NCBI GenBank assembly: GCA_947473125.1
Contig: CANJDH010000014.1
Location: 470-64,469 of the forward strand
Direction: 5' to 3'
DNA from: Burkholderiales bacterium
Lineage (GTDB): Bacteria > Pseudomonadota > Gammaproteobacteria > Burkholderiales > JAEUOS01
Length of the DNA stretch: 64,000 nt
The notes beneath the pieces are model-generated. The model saw nothing but the letters and a program-made list of their open reading frames with translations, did no database searches and was not told the DNA's origin. Each line of letters begins with the position of its first letter. Within the stretch, counting starts at the first letter, position 1. The translations under genes were made by a program, and so were the position numbers. Of the stretch, positions 39,024-47,746 are shown piece after piece.

Positions 39024-40334
39024 TCAGAGCGCCGGCAGGACCGTACCGCTGCAGGCACCAAAACCGACCCGCGCCCGGCCCGTTGCCTCGCAGTAGGCTT
39101 TGAGCGTCAAGGTGTCGTGGTCTTCCAGGAAGGTACGGGTTTCACCGTCGGGCAACTGCAGCGATTGCTTGCCGCCCACGCTGAGCTCCAGAAGCGACCC
39201 GGCTTCCTCGGGCGTCGGTCCCGACTGGGTTCCGGTACCGAGCAGGTCCCCGGGCTGGAGATTGCAGCCGCCCACAGTATGGTGGGTGAGCATCTGCGCA
39301 ACGGTCCAGTAGGCGTGCCTGAAACTTGATCGGGACAAGCGCTGTGGTGCAATCGCAGCCTGTTTCATGCGTGATGTCTGCAGCCACGCCTCAACCGCGA
39401 TATCGATCGCACCGCCGACGCGATTTTCCGGTGAATCGAGGTAAGGCAGCGGTTGCGGATCGGCTTGAGGCCGGATCCAGGCAGTGCGAAACGGTTCGAG
39501 TGCTTCCATCGTCACCACCCAGGGCGAGATGGTCGAGGCAAAATTCTTGCCGAGAAACGGGCCGAGGGGCTGGTACTCCCATGCCTGAACATCGCGCGCC
39601 GACCAGTCGTTGAGCAGGCACATGCCGAACGCATGTGCTTCTGCCCGGTCGATCGAAATCCGTGCGCCCTGCGCATTGCCGGAGCCCACCCAGACGGCCA
39701 GTTCCAGTTCGTAGTCGAGGCGCTTCGACGCTCCGAAACTCGGCGCTGTCGCGCCGGGTGGCATGGTCTGCCCGAGCGGGCGCGGAAACGATTGCCCGGA
39801 CACGCCGATCGATGACGAGCGGCCATGGTAGGCAATCGGCACATACTTGTAGTTGGGCATCAGCGGGTTGTCTGGCCGGAACAGCTTGCCGACTGACGTG
39901 GCGTGATGGATCGAGGTGAAAAAATCGGTGTAGTCGCCAATCCTTGCGGGCAGCGCCATGTCGGCATCGGCTTGCGCGACCAGCAGGCCGGCGCGGGCGG
40001 TCTGGTCCTTGCTGCCGGAACGCAGCACCCGTGACAGGGCAAGGCGCAACGCCCCCCATGCTTTCTGCCCGGCCCCCATGAATGCATTCAGCGTCGCGCC
40101 TTGTACCAGCGCGGCTGCCTCGCGGGCTTCACCAGCGAACAAGCCGGCCTGGAACGCCGCCTGCAGGTCAAGGATCTGGTCGCCGATGGCGACACCGATG
40201 CGGAACGGGTCGGTGCTGTCCTTGCGGCGAAATACGCCATACGGGAGATTCTGGATCGTGAAGTCGCTGCCGGGTGCGTTTGCGCTGTCGACCCAACTGG
40301 TGTGGGAGACGTCGTGGGTTTCGTTCAGGGTCAT
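39024..40334 (-). CDS. fahA: Fumarylacetoacetase
   Basis: 436 aa. FTIQNLPYGVF N-terminal domain plus C-terminal FAH fold. Confidence 0.9.
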   Translation of the reverse strand: MTLNETHDVSHTSWVDSANAPGSDFTIQNLPYGVFRRKDSTDPFRIGVAIGDQILDLQAAFQAGLFAGEAREAAALVQGATLNAFMGAGQKAWGALRLALSRVLRSGSKDQTARAGLLVAQADADMALPARIGDYTDFFTSIHHATSVGKLFRPDNPLMPNYKYVPIAYHGRSSSIGVSGQSFPRPLGQTMPPGATAPSFGASKRLDYELELAVWVGSGNAQGARISIDRAEAHAFGMCLLNDWSARDVQAWEYQPLGPFLGKNFASTISPWVVTMEALEPFRTAWIRPQADPQPLPYLDSPENRVGGAIDIAVEAWLQTSRMKQAAIAPQRLSRSSFRHAYWTVAQMLTHHTVGGCNLQPGDLLGTGTQSGPTPEEAGSLLELSVGGKQSLQLPDGETRTFLEDHDTLTLKAYCEATGRARVGFGACSGTVLPAL

Positions 40335-40346
40335 GATCAGCTTCCG

Positions 40347-41183
40347 CTATATCGCTTTTTTTGCCACCAGCACTTTGGGCTTGGGCTGCTTGGCCGGCAT
40401 CGGGGCTTTCTTTTTGCCGGACATCAGCTCGGCAAGCTTGCGTTTTCCGGCAGGCTCGCCGTCCTTGATCGCTTCACGGTACAACTGCGCGGCCCTGCCG
40501 CGATCGGCCTTGACGCCGAGCCCGTCCTCGTACATTTCGCCGAGCGACACCTTGGCAAACGAGTTGCCGCCCTTGGCGGATGCCTCAAACAAGCGCACCG
40601 ACTCCTTGTATTCGACTTCGTTGGTCTTGCCCTCCTTGAGCATCTTGCCAAGGCGGTGCTGCGCGTCCCAGTAGCCCTGCGCCGCCGCGAGGGAATACCA
40701 GTCAAGTGCCGTATGCGGGCTTTGCGGCACGCCGCTGCCGACTTCATAAAGTGCGCCAAGCTTGGTCTGCGCCGGCGGAAAGCCGATAAAGGCCGCTTTT
40801 TCGTAAAGTTCGGCGGCGCGGGCCGGGTTCTTCGGCATGCCGGTGCCCTGCTCGTACATCTCACCGAGCGTGGTGGCTGCCAGCGGATGGTTGCGCGTCA
40901 ACGCTTGTTCGAACCAGACCATCGCCTGCTTGGGGTCGGCCTTGACGCCGTCCCCGCGCAGATACATGATGCCAAGCAGGTGTTGCGCGTCGGCATGACC
41001 GGTCGACGCCGCCAGGGTGAATTCCTGGATCGCCAGCGCAACCTGCTTCTTGGATTTGGCCTGCATGCCGCGCAGGAAGGCTTCGTCATCGCCGCGGGCG
41101 TCGGCTTGCTGCGCAACCCCCAGCGAGGGTGCGGCCAGGGCGGCTAACAGGGTGCAGGTTCTGGCAAGGCTGGGTATGGACAT
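40347..41183 (-). CDS. Secreted Sel1-repeat (TPR-like) protein with Lys/Pro-rich tail
   Basis: Signal peptide. Repeated A.YLG.MY..G.GV..D...A..W motifs. 12 nt upstream of fahA. Confidence 0.8.
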   Translation of the reverse strand: MSIPSLARTCTLLAALAAPSLGVAQQADARGDDEAFLRGMQAKSKKQVALAIQEFTLAASTGHADAQHLLGIMYLRGDGVKADPKQAMVWFEQALTRNHPLAATTLGEMYEQGTGMPKNPARAAELYEKAAFIGFPPAQTKLGALYEVGSGVPQSPHTALDWYSLAAAQGYWDAQHRLGKMLKEGKTNEVEYKESVRLFEASAKGGNSFAKVSLGEMYEDGLGVKADRGRAAQLYREAIKDGEPAGKRKLAELMSGKKKAPMPAKQPKPKVLVAKKAI

Positions 41184-41254
41184 GTGGGCGTTACCCTATG
41201 ACGTGGAGCGGACGGCGGACCCGGGCTTGGGCCCGGCTACCTCAAGAGGCGTAT

Positions 41255-41355
41255 TTTACGGCAGGCATCACGGGGGCGTGCGCCTTCTTCTTCACGTCCG
41301 TCATTGACAGGGCTACGGCATCGGGCTGACACTCCAGCCTCGCATTTACGGCAGG
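41255..41355. repeat. 11-bp direct repeat TTTACGGCAGG, two copies exactly 90 bp apart, in the Sel1-fahA / amidohydrolase divergent promoter
   Basis: Copies at 41255..41265 and 41345..41355. The second overlaps the RBS of the TTG-start amidohydrolase gene. Confidence 0.8.
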
Positions 41356-41362
41356 ATGCCCT

Positions 41363-42388
41363 TTGAAAAAAATCGACATTTTCAATCATGTGATGCCGGT
41401 CGCCTACCTTGATCTGATGAAACAGCACTCAAAGGACCAGGGTATTGTGAAGCGCATGTCGGGTTTGCGCATGCTGTGGGACATCGAGGCTCGGGTGCAC
41501 ATGCTCGAGCAGTGGCCCGAGGTGCAGCAGGTGCTGACCCTGGCGCTGCCGCCGCCTGAAGCTCTTGGCGGGCCGGACCTCGCCCCCGAGCTCGCGCGTG
41601 TTGCCAACGACGGCATGGCGCGCATGGTCGCCAGGTGGCCGCAGCGCTTCCCGGCATTTGTGGCGTCCCTGCCGATGAACAACGTGCCCGCGGCGCTCGA
41701 AGAAATGGACCGGGCGATCAACCAGCTCGGCGCGCGCGGCGTCCAGGTATGCACCAGCGTCAATGGCCGCCCCCTCGACGAGGAAGCGTTCTTTCCGGTG
41801 TTTGAGCGGATTACGGTTCACCACGGCATGCCCGTCTGGATGCATCCGATTCGTCCCGGCTCGCGCCCCGATTATACGAGTGAAGACAAGTCCAAGTTCG
41901 AAATCTGGCAGGTGCTGGGCTGGCCCTACGAGACCAGCGTGGCAATGGCGCGCATCGTGTTTTCGGGGATGCTCGAGCGCCTCCCCGAGTTGCGCATCAT
42001 TACCCATCACTGCGGCGCGATGGCGCCATATTTCGGTGGGCGCATGGATACCCTGTGGGCGCAGCTTGGCAGCCGCAGCGCCGATGACAATTACGAGGAG
42101 CTTCTCAAGCGCATGGCGAGGAAGCCGATCGAGTATTTCAAGATGTTCTATGCCGACACCGTGCTGGGCGGCTCTGCCTCGGCGCTGCGTTGCGGGCTCG
42201 ATTTTTTCGGCGCCGACAAGGTCGTTTTTGCCAGCGATTGCCCGTTCGATCCGGAAGGTGGCCCCATGTTCATCCGCGAGGGTATTCGTTCGATCGAAGA
42301 CCTCGGGTTGGCCGAGCCGGACCGGCGCAAGATTTACTTCGAAAACGCCCTGAAATTGCTCGGCCTGCCGACTGGGCCATCAACATGA
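41363..42388 (+). CDS. Amidohydrolase-2 family protein (ACMSD/LigW-like, possible non-oxidative decarboxylase or hydratase)
   Basis: TTG start with AGGA RBS. IDIFNHVMP metal site, ITHHCG, FASDCPFD motifs. Confidence 0.75.
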   Translation: MKKIDIFNHVMPVAYLDLMKQHSKDQGIVKRMSGLRMLWDIEARVHMLEQWPEVQQVLTLALPPPEALGGPDLAPELARVANDGMARMVARWPQRFPAFVASLPMNNVPAALEEMDRAINQLGARGVQVCTSVNGRPLDEEAFFPVFERITVHHGMPVWMHPIRPGSRPDYTSEDKSKFEIWQVLGWPYETSVAMARIVFSGMLERLPELRIITHHCGAMAPYFGGRMDTLWAQLGSRSADDNYEELLKRMARKPIEYFKMFYADTVLGGSASALRCGLDFFGADKVVFASDCPFDPEGGPMFIREGIRSIEDLGLAEPDRRKIYFENALKLLGLPTGPST

Positions 42389-42408
42389 ATTCCTTGAGGA
42401 GAACCCGC

Positions 42409-43386
42409 ATGTCGTTGCACGTCTTTGTGTCAGCCTTGGTTTCTTTGTGCACGCTCGCCGGCACCATCTCGGGCGCCAGCGCGCAGGCCTGGCCGGTGCG
42501 CCCCGTCAACTTGATCGTGCCCTACGCGCCCGGTACCGGCATCGACATCATTGCCCGAACCCTGAGCCCCAAACTGGCCGAACGACTCGGCCAGGGGTTT
42601 GTTGTCGACAACAAACCCGGTGCCAGCGGCAACCTGGGGGCCGATTTCGTTGCCAAGGCGCAGCCGAATGGCTACACCATGATGATCACGGTCAATACTT
42701 TCGTGATCACGCCGGCGCTGTACAAGAACCTGCCCTACGAGCCCAACAACGACTTTACCGTGGCCGGAAAACTGGCCACCGGCAATCTGGCGCTGGTAGT
42801 CAACGCCACCGCGCTACCGGTCAAGACGCTTGATGAACTGGTGGCCTACGTGAAGGCGCGCCCCGGCAAGATCAACTATGGTTCACCTGGCAACGGCACT
42901 CCTCAGCACCTGGCCGTCGAACTGCTCAAGCAGCGCCTCAACCTCGATATCGTGCATGTTCCCTACAAGAATGCAGCGGCGGCCAATACCGACCTGCTCG
43001 GTGGACAGGTGCAGCTGGCCGTGCTGCCGGTGCACACGGCACTGCCGTTTGCCAAGGCCGGCCGCCTCAACGTGATTGCCGTGTCCGGTGAAAGCCGTTC
43101 CGTGCTGGCCCCCGACATGCCCAGTTTTGCCGAGGCGAATCTGAAGAACCTGGATATCGACTTGTACTACTGGATCGCCGGCCCGGCCGGCATGCCGCGC
43201 GACATCGTCGCGCGAGTCAATCGCGAGGTCGCGGCCGTACTGGCACTGCCCGACGTACGCGAAACGCTCCTCAAGCAAGGCTTGATTCCTGCTACCAGCA
43301 CACCCGAAGAGATGAGCGCAGTGATCCGAGCGGATATCGGGCGCTGGAAGAAATTCATCAGCGACTCGAAAATCACTGCCGATTGA
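42409..43386 (+). CDS. Bug-family tripartite tricarboxylate transporter substrate-binding protein (TctC)
   Basis: GAGGAG RBS 7 nt before ATG 42409. Signal peptide ...ASAQA. VRPVNLIVPYAPGTG signature. Confidence 0.9.
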   Translation: MSLHVFVSALVSLCTLAGTISGASAQAWPVRPVNLIVPYAPGTGIDIIARTLSPKLAERLGQGFVVDNKPGASGNLGADFVAKAQPNGYTMMITVNTFVITPALYKNLPYEPNNDFTVAGKLATGNLALVVNATALPVKTLDELVAYVKARPGKINYGSPGNGTPQHLAVELLKQRLNLDIVHVPYKNAAAANTDLLGGQVQLAVLPVHTALPFAKAGRLNVIAVSGESRSVLAPDMPSFAEANLKNLDIDLYYWIAGPAGMPRDIVARVNREVAAVLALPDVRETLLKQGLIPATSTPEEMSAVIRADIGRWKKFISDSKITAD

Positions 43387-43500
43387 TCCGCGCAGATTGG
43401 GCCGCCGCGCCCGTGACATCCGCCTGCACCAACGGTTTTGGAGCATCTTGGCTGGACAGCCGCTCCCACCAAGACTCTTGATGACGTGGCGTGGCCCGCA

Positions 43501-44289
43501 TCAGGCCTGGTAGCGATTCTCCAGCGTGCCGACGCCATCGATCTGGATGCGTATTACGCCTCCCGGTTTCATGGCGCCGGCGCCGACCGAGGTGCCGCAG
43601 GCGATGATGTCGCCGGGCTCGAGGGTCATGTCGCGTGAAATCAGGCTCGCTAGTTTCACTGGCGGGAAGATCATGTCGATTACTGGATAATTCTGTCGCT
43701 CCTGCACCGTGCCGTCGGGCTGGACCAGGATGGACTTGACGCGCAAATTCATGACATCGACGCCGGTAGTGATTACCGGGCCGATCGGACAGAATGTGTC
43801 GAAGCTCTTGCTGCGCACCCACTGCTCGAAGGTCGGGTTCATGCGCAGGATGTCGGCGGCGGTGACGTCGTTGACGCAGGTGTAACCGAAGATGTAATCG
43901 GCCGCGTCGGCTTCGGACACATTGCACATGCGCTTGCCGATGACGATGCCGAGTTCGCCCTCAAATACGACCTTGCCGTCGAACTGGGCCGGCTTCTGGA
44001 TGACGGTGCCGTGCGCACAGAACGAGTTGTTGCCCTTGAGAAAGTAAAGCGGATCAGGCGGCAGGGCGATGTTTTCTTTGGTGGCGCGCTCGTAAAAATT
44101 GTTCCACAGCGCCGGCATCTTGGTCGGTACGCAAGGTGCAAGCAGGGTGACATCAGCCAGAGCGAGGGTCTGCCCGGTCGGCTGGCAGCCCGTAAACATA
44201 TCGCCTGCATGCACCGCGATGCGAGGCCCTTCAAGCGTGCCGAAGCCGACGCTCGCGCCTTGTGCGAAACGCAGCCACTGCGCCATCAC
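43501..44289 (-). CDS. Fumarylacetoacetate hydrolase (FAH) family protein
   Basis: 262 aa. FEGELGIVIGK and SKSFDTFCPIGP motifs. ATGA overlap with the upstream fumarase-like gene. Confidence 0.85.
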   Translation of the reverse strand: MMAQWLRFAQGASVGFGTLEGPRIAVHAGDMFTGCQPTGQTLALADVTLLAPCVPTKMPALWNNFYERATKENIALPPDPLYFLKGNNSFCAHGTVIQKPAQFDGKVVFEGELGIVIGKRMCNVSEADAADYIFGYTCVNDVTAADILRMNPTFEQWVRSKSFDTFCPIGPVITTGVDVMNLRVKSILVQPDGTVQERQNYPVIDMIFPPVKLASLISRDMTLEPGDIIACGTSVGAGAMKPGGVIRIQIDGVGTLENRYQA

Positions 44290-45815
44290 GCCACCTTCAG
44301 CGGAATCTTCAGGTCATGAATGCGCTGGCTCCACAGCGCCGGGCCGGTGATGTGCGCCGAGGTGCCGCCCGAATCCACCGCCACCGTGACCGGCATGTCC
44401 TTCACATCGAACTCGTAGATGGCTTCCATGCCGAGGTCGGCAAAGCCGACCACTTTGGATTGTTTGATCGCCTTGGCGACGAGGTACGCCGCGCCGCCCA
44501 CTGCCATCAGATAAGCGCTCTTGTGCTTCTTGATCGCTTCAATCGCCACCGGGCCACGCTCGGCCTTGCCGATCATCGAGATCAGGCCGGTTTGTGCCAG
44601 CATCATCTCGGTGAACTTGTCCATACGCGTCGCGGTGGTGGGGCCGGCCGGGCCGACCACTTCATCGCGCACCGGGTCGACCGGACCGACGTAATAAATG
44701 ATGCGGTTGGTGAAATCGACCGGCAGCTTCTCGCCCTTGGCCAACATGTCCTGGATGCGCTTGTGCGCGGCGTCGCGACCGGTGAGAATCTTGCCGTTGA
44801 GCAGCAGGGTTTCGCCGGGTTTCCAGGCAGCCACTTGCTCCTTGGTGAGGGTGTTGACATCCACCCGGCGGCTCTTCTCGACGTCGGGCGTCCAGTTGAC
44901 CTTGGGCCAATCATCGAGCGAAGGCGGCTCGAACACAGCGGGGCCGGAGCCATCAAGCACGAAGTGCACGTGGCGCGTGGCGGCACAGTTCGGGATCATC
45001 GCCACCGGCTTGGAAGCCGCATGGGTCGGGTACTGCATGATTTTCACGTCGAGCACCGTGGTAAGGCCGCCCAGCCCCTGCGCGCCGATGCCGAGCGCGT
45101 TGACCTTTTCGTAGAGCTCGATGCGCAATTCCTCCACCTTGTCCTTGGGGCCACGCGCCAGCAGCTCGTGCATGTCGATCGGCTCCATCAGCACTTCCTT
45201 GGCCATCAGCATGGCTTTTTCGGCAGTGCCGCCGATGCCGATGCCGAGCATGCCGGGCGGACACCAGCCGGCGCCCATGGTCGGCACCGTCTTGATGACC
45301 CAGTCGACCAGGCTGTCGGAGGGGTTCATCATGATCAGCTTCGACTTGTTCTCCGAGCCGCCGCCCTTGGCCGCGACATTGATGTCGATGCTGTTGCCTG
45401 GCACCAGCTCCATGTTGATCACGGCAGGGGAGTTGTCTTTGGTGTTCTTGCGCGTGAATTGCGGATCGGCCAGCACCGAGCCGCGCAGCACGTTGTCCGG
45501 GTTCATGTAGCCGCGGCGCACGCCTTCGTTGCAGGCATCGGTGACGCCGGCGGCAAATCCCTCGAACTTCACGTCCATGCCGATCTTCAGGAAGATGTTG
45601 ACGATGCCGGTGTCCTGGCAGATCGGCCGGTGGCCTTCGGCACTCATGCGGCTGTTGGTCAGAATCTGCGCGATCGCGTCCTTGGCCGCCGGCGACTGCT
45701 CGCGCTCGTAGGCGCGTGCCAGGTGCTGCAGGTAGTCCTTCGGGTGGTAATAGCTGATGAACTGGAGGGCGTCGGCGATGGACGAGACGAAGTCCTCGTA
45801 GCGAATGGTGGCCAT
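44286..45815 (-). CDS. fumA: Class I (Fe-S) fumarate hydratase / tartrate-fumarate family hydro-lyase, fused alpha+beta
   Basis: Start MATIRYEDF at 45815. CQDTGIV, GIGIGGTAEKA and C-terminal beta-domain sequence. Confidence 0.8.
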   Translation of the reverse strand: MATIRYEDFVSSIADALQFISYYHPKDYLQHLARAYEREQSPAAKDAIAQILTNSRMSAEGHRPICQDTGIVNIFLKIGMDVKFEGFAAGVTDACNEGVRRGYMNPDNVLRGSVLADPQFTRKNTKDNSPAVINMELVPGNSIDINVAAKGGGSENKSKLIMMNPSDSLVDWVIKTVPTMGAGWCPPGMLGIGIGGTAEKAMLMAKEVLMEPIDMHELLARGPKDKVEELRIELYEKVNALGIGAQGLGGLTTVLDVKIMQYPTHAASKPVAMIPNCAATRHVHFVLDGSGPAVFEPPSLDDWPKVNWTPDVEKSRRVDVNTLTKEQVAAWKPGETLLLNGKILTGRDAAHKRIQDMLAKGEKLPVDFTNRIIYYVGPVDPVRDEVVGPAGPTTATRMDKFTEMMLAQTGLISMIGKAERGPVAIEAIKKHKSAYLMAVGGAAYLVAKAIKQSKVVGFADLGMEAIYEFDVKDMPVTVAVDSGGTSAHITGPALWSQRIHDLKIPLKVA

Positions 45816-45910
45816 GGGTGTCGTTTCCGTGAAGAGGTGCGGCGCGGCGCGGGAGCGGGGTGAGACAATATGCGACACAATTTTACGCCTCCCGCTTCTG
45901 GACTGGCCAC

Positions 45911-47746
45911 ATGACCGAAAAAATCATCCGCATCGGCGGCGCCTCGGGTTTCTGGGGGGATAGCGCGCTCGGCGCGCCGCAACTGGTGGCCGCCGGCGTC
46001 GACTACCTGGTATTCGACTATCTTGCCGAGCTGACCATGTCGCTCCTGATCAACGCCCGGACCAAAGACCCGGCGCTGGGTTACGCGACCGACTTTGTCG
46101 ACGTGGCGATGAAGAGCGTGTTGCGCGATGTCGCCGCAAAGGGCGTCAAGGTGGTGAGCAATGCCGGCGGGGTGAACCCGGCCGCCTGCGCGGCGGCCCT
46201 GCAAAAGTTGTGTGCCGAGCAGGGAGTCAATCTGCGCATTGCGGTAGTAGAAGGCGACGACGTGCTGACGCGCATCGCGGCGCTGCGCGAGCAGGGTGTC
46301 ACCGAAATGTTCTCGGGTGCGCCGTTGCCGGAAAAAATCCTGTCGGCCAACGCCTACCTAGGCGCGATCCCGATTGCAGAGGCGCTCGGGCGCGGCGCGG
46401 ATGTCGTGATCACCGGCCGCTGCGTCGACAGCGCCGTCACCCTCGGCCCCCTGATGCACGGGTTCGGCTGGGCGCACGACGAGTACGACAAGCTGGCCCA
46501 GGGTTCGTTGGCCGGGCACATCATCGAGTGCGGGGCGCAGGCGACTGGCGGCCTGTTCACCGATTGGGAATCGGTGCCCGATTGGGCCAACATCGGCTAC
46601 CCGATCGTCGAGTGCCGCGCTGACGGATCGTTTGTTGTGACCAAGCCTCCGGGAACCGGCGGTTTGGTGAATGTCGCAACCATCGCCGAGCAAATGCTCT
46701 ATGAAATCGGCGACCCGGCAGCCTACGTGTTGCCCGACGTGGTGTGCGACTTCACGCAAGTGACCATGGTGATCGACGACGCAACGGGCAGCAACAGCAC
46801 TGGCGGCGCGGACAATGCGCACCGGGTGCTGGTGCAGGGCGCGCGGGGCAGGGCGCCAACCGACAGCTACAAGGTGTCCACCACCTACATGGACGGCTGG
46901 CGCGCGCAGGCGATGCTCCTCATCACCGGCATTGACGCAGCCAAGAAGGCACACCGTACCGGTGCGGCGATCGTCGAGCGTACCGAAGCGATGTTCAAGC
47001 GGCTCAAATTTGCCGACTACCTGGAAACACGCGTCGAGATCATCGGTGCCGAACACCAATACGGCCCGCATGCCCGTACCGGGGCGACGCGCGAGGCAGT
47101 GTTGCGCCTGTCGGTGCGGCATGACAATCCCAAGGCGCTGGGCGTGTTTGCGCGCGAGGTTGCGCCGGCTGGCACCTCCTGGTCGCCCGGTACCACCGGC
47201 ATGGGGGGAGGGCGCAGCAAGCCGGCACCCAGCATACGCATGTTCTCTTTCCTGTTGCCCAAGCATGCGGTGCAAGCGCTGGTGACATTCGAGGGGACGA
47301 GCCAGCCGGTTTCGATTCCCGCCGGGCAAGCGGCTGGAGACGCGCATCCACCAAGGATTTCGACGGCCCATCCGCCGGAACCTTTGGTGGCAGCGGATCC
47401 TGGCATGGTGGCGGTTCCGCTGGTCAGGCTGGCCCATGCGCGCAGCGGCGACAAGGGCAACATCAGCAATATCGGCGTGATCGCGCGTGACCCGGAGTAC
47501 CTGCCCCTGCTGCGGGTACAACTGACGCCGGACGCGGTGAAGGCCTATTTTTCCCATCTGGTCAAAGGCGAGGTGGTGCGCTACGACCTGCCTGGGATTC
47601 ATGCCTTCAATTTTGTGCTGGATCAGGCGCTCGACGGCGGCGGCATGGCGAGCCTGCGCGTCGATCCTCTCGGTAAGGGCATGGGGCAGATGCTGCTCGA
47701 CCTGCCGATCCGGGTGCCGCGCGGCATGCGCGACGGCACTGCCTGA
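45911..47746 (+). CDS. AtuA-like protein (DUF1446 with C-terminal DUF4387-like domain)
   Basis: Start MTEKIIRIGGASGFWGDS at 45911. DYLVFDYLAELTMS. C-terminal RSGDKGNISNIGV segment. Confidence 0.75.
   Translation: MTEKIIRIGGASGFWGDSALGAPQLVAAGVDYLVFDYLAELTMSLLINARTKDPALGYATDFVDVAMKSVLRDVAAKGVKVVSNAGGVNPAACAAALQKLCAEQGVNLRIAVVEGDDVLTRIAALREQGVTEMFSGAPLPEKILSANAYLGAIPIAEALGRGADVVITGRCVDSAVTLGPLMHGFGWAHDEYDKLAQGSLAGHIIECGAQATGGLFTDWESVPDWANIGYPIVECRADGSFVVTKPPGTGGLVNVATIAEQMLYEIGDPAAYVLPDVVCDFTQVTMVIDDATGSNSTGGADNAHRVLVQGARGRAPTDSYKVSTTYMDGWRAQAMLLITGIDAAKKAHRTGAAIVERTEAMFKRLKFADYLETRVEIIGAEHQYGPHARTGATREAVLRLSVRHDNPKALGVFAREVAPAGTSWSPGTTGMGGGRSKPAPSIRMFSFLLPKHAVQALVTFEGTSQPVSIPAGQAAGDAHPPRISTAHPPEPLVAADPGMVAVPLVRLAHARSGDKGNISNIGVIARDPEYLPLLRVQLTPDAVKAYFSHLVKGEVVRYDLPGIHAFNFVLDQALDGGGMASLRVDPLGKGMGQMLLDLPIRVPRGMRDGTA

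Noticed and set aside
44262-45863. 533-aa plus-strand ORF
   Set aside because: It is antisense to the class I fumarase-like gene, which has clear family motifs. The translation is low-complexity.
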